Positions 36,036 through 44,186 of a DNA stretch of 64,000 bases are shown here, one piece after another. Below the pieces are notes generated by a model. It saw only the letters and a program-made list of their open reading frames with translations, made no database searches and was not told the origin of the DNA. This stretch comes from Thermoanaerobaculia bacterium (lineage in GTDB: Bacteria > Acidobacteriota > Thermoanaerobaculia > Multivoradales > UBA5704), in contig DASWME010000219.1 of NCBI GenBank assembly GCA_036399915.1, positions 343 through 64,342 of the forward strand. Reading direction: 5' to 3'. The position numbers were made by a program, and so were the translations under genes. Each line of letters starts with the position of its first letter. The first letter of the stretch is position 1.

Positions 36036-39000
36036 CTACTGCCGCTCCACGCAATAGCTGCAGGGGCGCTTGCCCTTGGCGAGGGCATCCTTCAGGGTCA
36101 TCGCGGCGCCCCCGGCCTTGACGAACGTGCAGCGCCGCTGGTGGTAGCGGTCGCCGAATTCGGTCACGAACACGGAGTCCTCTGGCCGCAGGGCCGCGCA
36201 CGTCGCCGCCAACAGGTCGACGACGTCATCGTGGCCGGCCTCGCCGGCCAGAATCGAGGCGGTCGCCGGGTGCTCCCCTCCGGACACGGCTTCCGCGACT
36301 TTGCAGGCCCCGCGGTCGAGGAGCTGGCGGACGATCTCCAGATCGCCGGTGCGCGCTGCGCCCATCAGCGCCGTCCGGCCGTCGCGCCCCTTGCCGGTGA
36401 CGTCGGCTTGGGCGGCAAGCAGGTCGAGGACGATGCCGCGGTGGTCCCCACCGGCTCCCCCGTCGGCGGCGAAGGCGGCGAGGATCAGAGCCGAGTCGTC
36501 CCGCGAACGGCGGGCATTGACGTTGACTCCGTCGCGCAGCAGCTCGCCGACCTTCTGTCGGTCTCCCTGCTCGGCCGCACGCAGGAGCTGCGCCTCCTTC
36601 TCTCCTTCCTTGGCCCCCGCCCGCCGCAGCAGGTCTTCGACGGCCGCGTGTTCTTCCAGGATGGCCGCCATCAGCGGCGTGTTGCCGAAGGCGTCGCGCG
36701 CGTTGAAATCGGCGCCCGCCGCGAGCAGCACCTCCACCGCCGCCGCCTGGCCCCGCAAGGACGCCAGGATCAAGGCGGTGGCGCCGTTGGCGTCGCGAGC
36801 GTCGACGGGGGCTTGGCCGGCCAGCAGCGCGCGCAGGACGTCGGCGCGTCCGGCCTCGGCCGCGACCATCAGCGCCGTGCGGCCTTTCTCCCCCGTGGCC
36901 CCCACCGGGACCTGGCGCGCGATCAGGGCCTCCACCACCGCCTGGTGCCCCTCCCGCGCCGCCAGCATCATGGCCGTATCGCCCCGGCGGTCTCTGAGAT
37001 TGGGGTTCGCACTCTGGGCCAGCAGCCTCTCGACGATGCCCGCGTGGCCGGCGGTGGCGGCGGCCAGCAGCGGTGGCCGCCCTCCTTCGCCGGCCAGATC
37101 GACCGCGGCGCCCTTCGCCAGGAGCGCCTCCACCAGGCCGGCGGCGCCCAGGCTCGCCGCGACCGAGAGGGCCGTGCGCCCGTGGGGGCCGCGCAACTCG
37201 GGATCGGCGCCGGCGTCGAGCAGCGCCGCGGCCACCTGCGGGTAGCCACCCCGGCAGGCTCCTAGCAACGCCGTCCGCCGCTGCGTCCCCAGGGCGTTGA
37301 CCTCGGCACCGGCGGCGAGGAGCTGGCGGACGCGCGCGATCTGCCCCTTCTCGGCGGCGCGGATCAGGTCCGCCTCCGCCCGGCCCGCGGTGGCGCCGTA
37401 CTTCACCAGGAGATTTGAGAGAGCCGTGTGGCCCTCCAGGAGCGCGATCAGCAAGGGCGTGCGGCCGTGCTGGTCGCGGGCATCAGGGTCCGCCTTGGCC
37501 TCGAGCAGAGCGCGCGCCGTCTGCACGTGGCCCGCCAGGCAGGCGGCCATCAGCGGCGTGCGGCCGCCCTTGCCTTCCAGGTTGGGCGAGGCGCCGTGCT
37601 TGAGCAGGTGGCGGACGACCTGCAGATGGCCGCCGGCGGCGGCCCGCTCGAGGGCGGAGACGCGCTGCGACGAGCGGTCGTTGACGTTGGCGCCGAATTC
37701 GACCAGCGCCTTCACGACCTCGAGGTGGCCGCGCTCTGCGGCCGCCAGCAGCGGCGACCTGCCGTGGCTGGCTCGCGCTCCCGCCGGCACGCCCGCGGCG
37801 AGGAGCTCGCGGACGCGCTCCGCGTCGTCCCGGCGCGCGGCGAGGAAGAGCTCCGCCTCCTGCTCGCCGCGCCTCGCTCCGTGCCGGCGGAGGAGGTCCG
37901 CCATCTCTTTGCCGCCGGTCAGGACGGCCGACATCAGCGGGCTCTCGCCGTCGCGGGAGACGGCGTTGACGTCCGCTCCCGCCGCGATCAACTGGCGGAC
38001 GACGTCGAGATGACCGTTCTCGACGGCCAGCATGAGCGGCGTGCGACCGTCGCGGCGCTGAACGTCGACGCGGGCGCGAAAGGCGAGCAGCTCGGCGACG
38101 GCCTCGCCGTGGCCCTCCCGGCTGGCCTCGTGCAGAGCGGTGCCGCCGTCGCCGCGGCGGGCATCGGCCTTCGCCCCGGCCGCGAGCAGCGCGCGGACCG
38201 TCGCGTAATCGTTGTGGCGGGCCGCGAGGGCCAGCGGCGCACGCCCCTGGTCGTCCGTCTGCTCCAGGAGCGGGCGCTGGGCGGCCGGCGCCGCCAGCAG
38301 CAGACCGACCACGGCGCTGCGCCCCTGGCGGACGGCGGCCAGCAGGGCCGAGCGTCCTCCGCGGCCCGCCACGCCGGCCCGCGCGCCGGCCGCCAGGAGG
38401 GCCCGCACCTCCGCCTCGTTGCCCTGCTCGGCCGCGAGGATCAGCTTCGCCTCCGCCTCTCCGGCCCGCGCGCCTCTGGCGCGGAGCAGGCCGGCGATAT
38501 CGTCGTAGCCCTCCAGCAGCGCCGCCATTAGAGGGGTCTGGCCCCGCGCGTCGGCACGCTCGGGATTGGCGCCGGCCGCCAGCAGCCGCTCTACCACGCC
38601 CCGTTGCCCGCTCTCCACCGCGGCCAGCAGAGGCGAGGCGCCGTCCCGGCCTCCGAGGTTGACGTCCGCCTGATAACGCAGAAGCTCGTCGACGATCTCG
38701 ACGCTGCCCTCGCGGCTGGCTACATGTAGCGCGGCCTCCCCCTCCGCATCCTGGCGGTCGACGTTCACGCCGCGCGCGAGCAGCGCCCGGGTGCTGCGCA
38801 CCGCGCGCTGTCCGACGGCCACCTGGAGAGGGGCACGGCCGTCGGCGTCGGGCAAGTCGAGATCGGCGCCATGCGCGGCCAAGCCTTCCACGACCTCTGC
38901 GTGGTCCGCCTCGGCCGCCCTGCTGGCGAAGGTACGGCCGTCCGGGCCGACGGCGTTGGCGTTCAGGCGAGCCAGGAACTCCTCCAGGAGCCGTTGCGAC

Positions 39001-39923
39001 GCCGGGTCCCCCGCCCTGAATCCGGCGAGGAAGCTCTGAAACTGCGCCGCGGCCGCGTCCTCCGCGCCGCGGCGTCCGTGGGCGCCGTACTCGAGGAGCA
39101 AAGCCTCGACCGCGCGGCTGCCCGGCTGCCGGTGGGCGATGTCGTAGGTCGTGTCGCCGTTGCCGTCCACGGCGTTGATTCTGGCCTTGTAGTTGTTGAC
39201 CCTGGTCTTGTAGTGCAGGAGCAGCGCCCGGGCGCAGCCCACGTTGCCCGACTCGGCGGCGGCCATCAGCGCCGTTCGCCTCTTCAGGTTCGTGTCGTCG
39301 GGATCGGCCCCGGCGGCGAGGAGGGCTTCGACGATCGCCGGATTGCCGTCGGGCTGGCCGGCGACCTCGATCAACGCCGTGCTTCCTTCTTGAGTCCTGG
39401 CACTCAGCTTGACCCGCTTCTCGATCTCCGCGCGTACTCGGTCGAGATCGCCGTCTTGCGCCGCGAGGAGCAGGCGGGTCCCCGACGCGGGCGCCGGCCG
39501 CGCGCCGGCCGCGATCAGCTCGGTTTCGAGGTCCTCCCGCCGCACCAGGATTGCCGCGTCGAGAGGGGCGAGGCCTCCGAGCGTCGTGCGGTTCGGATCC
39601 GCAGGCTTCCTGCCGAGCCGGCGTCGGAGAAGGAGACGGACGGTCTCGAACTGCCCCTGGAGGACCGCCACCACCAGGGCCGTATCGCCTCCCTCGCTCG
39701 GCAGGTCGGGATGCATGCCCCCCCGGAGGAATCGCCGGATGATGTCGAGCTGCCGGTCGCCGTTGCGCACGCGGCCGAGGAAGGCCTCGGGAGTGAAGGA
39801 GATCCCCCGCTCGGTCAGCCAGTGGCGGTCTCGAAACGCGATGAACTGGTAGGCGCCGTACAGTCCGCCGAGCACTGGGATCAACAGCCCGATGAAGGTC
39901 AGGATCTGGAGGAGAAGCGACAT
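36036..39923 (-). CDS. giant membrane-anchored ankyrin-repeat protein (1295 aa) with C-terminal Ada-like H-x3-C-x22-C-x2-C zinc motif
   Basis: N-terminal TM MSLLLQILTFIGLLIPVLGGLYGAYQFIAF. Then about 30 or more ANK units by eye (G.TPLM.A...GH..VV..LL..GA.VN motif repeated throughout). The C-terminus is VFVTEFGDRYHQRRCTFVKAGGAAMTLKDALAKGKRPCSYCVERQ. AGGAG lies 7 nt before the ATG. Confidence 0.85.
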   Translation of the reverse strand: MSLLLQILTFIGLLIPVLGGLYGAYQFIAFRDRHWLTERGISFTPEAFLGRVRNGDRQLDIIRRFLRGGMHPDLPSEGGDTALVVAVLQGQFETVRLLLRRRLGRKPADPNRTTLGGLAPLDAAILVRREDLETELIAAGARPAPASGTRLLLAAQDGDLDRVRAEIEKRVKLSARTQEGSTALIEVAGQPDGNPAIVEALLAAGADPDDTNLKRRTALMAAAESGNVGCARALLLHYKTRVNNYKARINAVDGNGDTTYDIAHRQPGSRAVEALLLEYGAHGRRGAEDAAAAQFQSFLAGFRAGDPASQRLLEEFLARLNANAVGPDGRTFASRAAEADHAEVVEGLAAHGADLDLPDADGRAPLQVAVGQRAVRSTRALLARGVNVDRQDAEGEAALHVASREGSVEIVDELLRYQADVNLGGRDGASPLLAAVESGQRGVVERLLAAGANPERADARGQTPLMAALLEGYDDIAGLLRARGARAGEAEAKLILAAEQGNEAEVRALLAAGARAGVAGRGGRSALLAAVRQGRSAVVGLLLAAPAAQRPLLEQTDDQGRAPLALAARHNDYATVRALLAAGAKADARRGDGGTALHEASREGHGEAVAELLAFRARVDVQRRDGRTPLMLAVENGHLDVVRQLIAAGADVNAVSRDGESPLMSAVLTGGKEMADLLRRHGARRGEQEAELFLAARRDDAERVRELLAAGVPAGARASHGRSPLLAAAERGHLEVVKALVEFGANVNDRSSQRVSALERAAAGGHLQVVRHLLKHGASPNLEGKGGRTPLMAACLAGHVQTARALLEAKADPDARDQHGRTPLLIALLEGHTALSNLLVKYGATAGRAEADLIRAAEKGQIARVRQLLAAGAEVNALGTQRRTALLGACRGGYPQVAAALLDAGADPELRGPHGRTALSVAASLGAAGLVEALLAKGAAVDLAGEGGRPPLLAAATAGHAGIVERLLAQSANPNLRDRRGDTAMMLAAREGHQAVVEALIARQVPVGATGEKGRTALMVAAEAGRADVLRALLAGQAPVDARDANGATALILASLRGQAAAVEVLLAAGADFNARDAFGNTPLMAAILEEHAAVEDLLRRAGAKEGEKEAQLLRAAEQGDRQKVGELLRDGVNVNARRSRDDSALILAAFAADGGAGGDHRGIVLDLLAAQADVTGKGRDGRTALMGAARTGDLEIVRQLLDRGACKVAEAVSGGEHPATASILAGEAGHDDVVDLLAATCAALRPEDSVFVTEFGDRYHQRRCTFVKAGGAAMTLKDALAKGKRPCSYCVERQ

Positions 39924-39987
39924 CGCGATCTCCTGTCACCCCTCGCGCAGGACAGCTGCGTTTTCCTGGTGTCGGTAGGTATCCTTT

Positions 39988-39996
39988 ATTCTATCA
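39988..39996 (-). promoter_or_regulatory. candidate extended -10 promoter element for the ankyrin gene
   Basis: Minus strand reads TGATAGAAT (TGn-TAGAAT) in an AT-richer patch about 65 nt upstream of ATG 39923. It is flanked by CTATCA...TGATAG. Confidence 0.3.
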
Positions 39997-40203
39997 CCAA
40001 TGCGGAAGCATTTAGCATATGATAGCAGGAATCCCGTGAGGGCGAGACGGCTGTATCATCGGACCTCTCAGTACTCTTGCTCGAGATCCCAAGGGGAGTT
40101 CGGCTGATGTCCAAATTCATATCCTTGTAGTCAGCCTCGCCGTTTTACGTACCGGGGTTTTGCCGCTGCGGGTGATCCACGTGAGGTGGGCTCGAATCCA
40201 CAC

Positions 40204-41358
40204 CTACATCGTATCGGCGATGGATGACCTTTCTTCGATCAGTGTCCATCTCCTCCCGCGCTCGCCCACATACTCCGACTCCGGCCGGATCAGCCGTCCA
40301 TGGGCGAGTTGCTCCAAGCCATGGGCGGTCCAGCCGGCCACGCGGCCGACGGCGAAGGTGGGGGTGAACAGCGCGGTGGGCAGGCCCAGGCCGTGCAGCA
40401 GGAGCGCGGTGTAGAACTCCACATTGGTGTCGAGCCGGCGGTCGGGCTTGTACTCCCGGAGCAGTCGCAGGGCCGTCTGCTCCACCTTCAGGACCAGCTC
40501 GTAGAGATCCCGGTCGCCGCCGTGGCGGTAGAAGCGCTCGGCCGCCTCTCCCAGGACGTCGGCGCGCGGGTCGCGCACCCGGTAGACGCGGTGGCCGAAG
40601 CCCATCAGCCGCTCGCCGCGGTCCAGCTTCTCCCGTAGCACGGGCTCGGCCCGCTCCGGTGTGCCGATCTCGAAGACCATGTCCAGAGCCGGGCCAGGGG
40701 CGCCGCCGTGCAGCGGGCCCTTGAGCGCCCCCACCGCTCCCGTCACGGCCGAGATCAGGTCGGACCGGGTCGAGACGATCACCCGGGCGGTGAAGGTCGA
40801 GGCGTTGAGCCCATGGTCCGATACGGTGTTCAGATAGGTCTCGAGCCCACGGGCCCGCTCGGGCGCGGGCTCCTCGCCGGAGAGGAGATGGAGGTAGCTC
40901 GCCGCGTGGCCGAGGTCCTGCCGGGGCTCGACGGGTGCGTCACCGTGGAGAAGGCGCCAGTAGGACGCCACGATGGCAGGGAAAGCGGCGACGAGCGTCA
41001 CCGCGTCCACCCCTGGGTCCTCGCCCGCGCCTGCGGCCAGGCTGAGGGCCCCCACCGCCATGCGCAGGGCGTCCATCGCCGGGAGGCGCCGGCCGGCCGC
41101 CGCCCGCAGCAGGTCCAGGACAGCCCCGGGCAGCGCCCGCCGCAGGGCAAGGCGGCGCTTCAAGGCCTCCAGCTCCGCGGCACCTGGCAGAGCGCCAGTC
41201 CAGAGCAGATGGACCATCTCCTCGAAGGTGGCCCGGGGAGCGATCTCCTCCACCGGAAAGCCGGCAAGGAGCAGCTCGCCCGCCGCTCCATCCACGCTGC
41301 TCAAGCGGGTCGTGGCTGCCACGACCCCCTCAAGACCCTGTTTCGTCTCGGTGCTCAT
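40204..41358 (-). CDS. citrate synthase family protein (short, about 380-aa type; citrate or 2-methylcitrate synthase)
   Basis: MSTETKQGLEGVVAATTRLSSVDG...LLAGFPVEE...GFGHRVYRVRDPRADVL...NVEFYTALLLHGLG.... Confidence 0.88.
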   Translation of the reverse strand: MSTETKQGLEGVVAATTRLSSVDGAAGELLLAGFPVEEIAPRATFEEMVHLLWTGALPGAAELEALKRRLALRRALPGAVLDLLRAAAGRRLPAMDALRMAVGALSLAAGAGEDPGVDAVTLVAAFPAIVASYWRLLHGDAPVEPRQDLGHAASYLHLLSGEEPAPERARGLETYLNTVSDHGLNASTFTARVIVSTRSDLISAVTGAVGALKGPLHGGAPGPALDMVFEIGTPERAEPVLREKLDRGERLMGFGHRVYRVRDPRADVLGEAAERFYRHGGDRDLYELVLKVEQTALRLLREYKPDRRLDTNVEFYTALLLHGLGLPTALFTPTFAVGRVAGWTAHGLEQLAHGRLIRPESEYVGERGRRWTLIEERSSIADTM

Positions 41359-41445
41359 GGGATTCTTCCTTTCCGCGCCCGAAGTCCGGCCGCGTCAGTA
41401 TCCCACGATTGATTTCGGCTGGATCGGCCTTCAGAGACAGCGCGC

Positions 41446-42219
41446 CTAGGCTCCGAGACAAACCGGCTCTACAAGCTCGTGGAGCGCTGAGCCGGCCGCC
41501 AGGAGCCGCTCCCTCACCCGAACCACCTCCCCCACCACGATAGTCGCCGGCGCGCGCAGCCCGGCCCGGGCGACCTCGCCGGCGATGGTCCCCAGGGTCG
41601 CCGCCACGACCCGCTCCTGCGGCAGGGTTCCCTGGGCGATCACCGCGACCGGCGTGTCCGCCCCGCGGCCGTGGAAGAGGAGGTGGGCCGCGATCTCGGG
41701 CAGCCGGGAGAGGCCCATCAGGACGACCAGGGTGTCGGTCCGCGCCAGGGCCGCCCAGTCCTGCCGGTCCCCCTCGGCGCAGTGGCCGGTCACCACGGCG
41801 AAGCCGCCCGCGACCTCCCGGTGGGTGACGGGGATGCCGGCCCGGGCCGGGACGCCGACCGCGCTGCTCACCCCGGGGATGACCTCCCAGGGCACCCCCG
41901 CCTCGGCGCAGGCCAGGGCTTCCTCCGCGCCCCGGCCGAAGACGAACGGGTCGCCCCCCTTGAGCCGCACGACCGTGCGGCCCGCCCGGGCGTGGCGGAC
42001 CAGCAGCGCGTTGATCTCCTCCTGCCGGCAGGCGTGGTCGCCGGGCGCCTTGCCCACGAAGACCCGCTCGGCCCAGGACGGCGCCTCGTTGAGCAGCTCC
42101 GGAGAGACCAGCCGGTCGTAGACCACCACGTCCGCCCGCCGCAGGCGGTCGAGCCCCAGGACCGTGATCAGCCGGGGATCGCCGGGTCCGGCGCCGACCA
42201 GGTAGACGATCCCGCTCAC
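41446..42219 (-). CDS. cobA: uroporphyrinogen-III C-methyltransferase (SUMT)
   Basis: GTG start. VSGIVYLVGAGPGDPRLITVLGLDRLRRADVVVYDRLV...VVRLKGGDPFVFGRGAEE...EVIPGVSSAVGVPARAGIPVTHR.... GTGA overlap with the upstream gene (42216-42219). The track ORF 41446-43305 is a fused over-extension. Confidence 0.9.
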   Translation of the reverse strand: MSGIVYLVGAGPGDPRLITVLGLDRLRRADVVVYDRLVSPELLNEAPSWAERVFVGKAPGDHACRQEEINALLVRHARAGRTVVRLKGGDPFVFGRGAEEALACAEAGVPWEVIPGVSSAVGVPARAGIPVTHREVAGGFAVVTGHCAEGDRQDWAALARTDTLVVLMGLSRLPEIAAHLLFHGRGADTPVAVIAQGTLPQERVVAATLGTIAGEVARAGLRAPATIVVGEVVRVRERLLAAGSALHELVEPVCLGA

Positions 42220-42866
42220 GCGGCGCCGCTTTCCGGCCGCACGCCCAGGATCTCCTCGAACCGGGCGATCGCCGCCTCCTCCTCGCCCCGCTGCAGCAAC
42301 TGGAGGATGTCGGAGTCGATCAGCCGGTACCAGAGGTCCCGCCGGGCCGCGAGGTCCGGCAGGAGCTTGGCGAGCGGCGCGCGGACCGACCCCGCCAGCT
42401 CCAGGAACCGCGCGTGCTCCTGCCCCAGCTCCGACTCCAGCCGCTGCTTGAGGCGCACCGCCAGCGCCGGCGCCTTGCCGTTCGTCGAGATGGCCACCCC
42501 GAGGTCCCCCCTCCGGACGACGGCGGGAGCGATGAAGTCGCAGTGCAGCACGTCGTCCACCGTGTTGACCAGGACGTTGCGCTCCCGGGTCTCCTTCCAG
42601 ATCACGTCCACGATCACCGGGTCCTTCTCGACCACCACGGCGAGGAAGGCCTTGCGGAGGTCCCCCCACCGGTAGCGGCGGGCGATGACGTCGAGCCGTC
42701 CCTCCACCGCCAGGTCCGCCAGGCCCGGCGTGATGTCGGGAGACACCACGGTCACCCGGGCGCCGGCCGTGATCAGCCCTCTCGCCTTCTCCTCCGCCAG
42801 GCCGCAGCCGCCGACGACGACGCAGGGCCGGTCCTTCAGGTCCAGATAGACGGGATAGGGTTGCAC
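42216..42866 (-). CDS. precorrin-2 dehydrogenase / sirohydrochlorin ferrochelatase (SirC/Met8p/CysG-N-like)
   Basis: MQPYPVYLDLKDRPCVVVGGCGLAEEKARGLITAGARVTVVSP...NVLVNTVDDVLHCDFIAPAVVRRGDLGVAISTNGKAPALAVRLKQRLE. Confidence 0.85.
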   Translation of the reverse strand: MQPYPVYLDLKDRPCVVVGGCGLAEEKARGLITAGARVTVVSPDITPGLADLAVEGRLDVIARRYRWGDLRKAFLAVVVEKDPVIVDVIWKETRERNVLVNTVDDVLHCDFIAPAVVRRGDLGVAISTNGKAPALAVRLKQRLESELGQEHARFLELAGSVRAPLAKLLPDLAARRDLWYRLIDSDILQLLQRGEEEAAIARFEEILGVRPESGAA

Positions 42867-42868
42867 GG

Positions 42869-43345
42869 TCAGACCTCCAGGCTCTCGACCGAAACGCCGC
42901 TCCGGTCGATCTCCAGGGTGAGACGGCAGCGGTCCGTCCGCAGGCCGAGGCGGAAGACCCCGGGCCCCTGGACGGTGAAGAGCATCCCTTCGAGGGCCTG
43001 TCCCTCCAGGGTGGCGAGAGCCTCGTTGACCGCCTGGGTGGTCCGGCGGGCCGCGGCGCCTCCCGGGGTCTGGTGGAAGAGGCGCAGCAAGGCCTGCTCG
43101 CTCTCGGCCCCGTGCACGCGCCGGGTGCGGCCGGTCTCGAGCGTGATCTCGAGCACCCTTTCGAGACGCCCGAGAAGGTCCTGCCCCACCTCCCCATCCG
43201 CGACGGCGGTGGCCAGCTCGTCGTAGGGACCGCGCAGGCGCGGGTCCCGCAGCGAGCCCGCGAGGGTCTCGATCTCCTCCAAGAGAACCTCCCGCTGGGC
43301 CGCATCGAGCGACAGGGCGCCGGGCGTGGGGGCCAGCCCGTTCAC
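42869..43345 (-). CDS. uncharacterised 158-aa protein embedded in the sulfite-reduction/siroheme operon
   Basis: GTG 43345 overlaps the cysH stop (GTGA, 43342-43345). Its own stop is 2 nt before the sirC-like start. VNGLAPTPGALSLDAAQREVLLEEIETLAGSLRDPRLRGPYDELATAVADGE...LFTVQGPGVFRLGLRTDRCRLTLEIDRSGVSVESLEV. No family recognised. Confidence 0.55.
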   Translation of the reverse strand: MNGLAPTPGALSLDAAQREVLLEEIETLAGSLRDPRLRGPYDELATAVADGEVGQDLLGRLERVLEITLETGRTRRVHGAESEQALLRLFHQTPGGAAARRTTQAVNEALATLEGQALEGMLFTVQGPGVFRLGLRTDRCRLTLEIDRSGVSVESLEV

Positions 43346-44175
43346 CGGACGGTCCTCAAGGGTCCATGCCCCTGCGGTTGCAGCAGGGCTTCGAGCTCGT
43401 GCTCGAACGCGCCGGTCTCGATCGGGCAGTGGATGCCGCACTCCTTGGGCGCGTTCTTCTCCCACCACCAGCGGCCGGCGCGCGGGTCTTCGCCCGCCGC
43501 CGTGGCCCGCGTGCAAGGTGCGCAGCCGATCGAGGTGAATCCCTTGGCGTAGAGCGGGTGCTCGGGTACGTCGTGGGCCCGGTTGTACTCCTTCACCTCC
43601 TCCAGGGTCCAATCCGCGAGGGGGTTGATCTTGGCGAGCCCGCCGTGATCGTGGTCGATCTCGATCTTGCGGATGTTGGCCCGGCTCGCCCACTGGTCCC
43701 GGCGCAGACCGGTGATCCAGGCGTCGAGCCCCTCCAGCACGCCGCGGATCGGCTCCACCTTGCGCACGTTGCAGCACAGGAGGCGCGCCTGGACGCTGCG
43801 CTGGAAGAGGTTGGGCCCGAAGCGCCGCACCATCGACTCCACCTGGCGGGCGTCGGGGAAGTAGACCTCCACCTCGATGCCGTACCGCTTGCGGACCTCC
43901 TCCATCACGTCGTAGGTCTCCTGCGGCAGGCGGCCGGTGTCCACGGTGAAGAGCCGCACGCCGGGGTCGAGCCGCCACGCCATGTCGAGGATGGCCATGC
44001 CCTCGGCCTGGAAGCTGGTACAAATCGCGACCTGCGAGCCCCAGCGGTCGAGCGCCCAGGCGATGACTTCCTGCGGAGTCGCAAAGTCGAACTCCACGGC
44101 CAACTGCCCGGCCTCGAACTCGTCCAACAGATCTCTCGGGTCCATTCGGATCGCGGTCGCTTTTTCCAGAATCAT
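43342..44175 (-). CDS. cysH: assimilatory adenylylsulfate (APS)/PAPS reductase, Fe-S-cluster type
   Basis: MILEKATA...VAICTSFQAEGMAILDMA...FTVDTGRLPQETY...LLCCNVRKVEP...SIGCAPCTRA...KECGIH. The CC...CxxC cysteines are typical of APS reductases. Confidence 0.88.
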   Translation of the reverse strand: MILEKATAIRMDPRDLLDEFEAGQLAVEFDFATPQEVIAWALDRWGSQVAICTSFQAEGMAILDMAWRLDPGVRLFTVDTGRLPQETYDVMEEVRKRYGIEVEVYFPDARQVESMVRRFGPNLFQRSVQARLLCCNVRKVEPIRGVLEGLDAWITGLRRDQWASRANIRKIEIDHDHGGLAKINPLADWTLEEVKEYNRAHDVPEHPLYAKGFTSIGCAPCTRATAAGEDPRAGRWWWEKNAPKECGIHCPIETGAFEHELEALLQPQGHGPLRTVR

Positions 44176-44186
44176 CGTTCTTCCTT

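Noticed and set aside
40130-40205. tRNA or tRNA-fragment (att-like) signal suggested by GGTGGGCTCGAATCCACACC next to the citrate synthase stop.
   Set aside because: The T-arm-like stretch does not give a 5-bp stem with a 7-nt loop. No matching acceptor stem or anticodon arm could be built in the preceding 75 nt.
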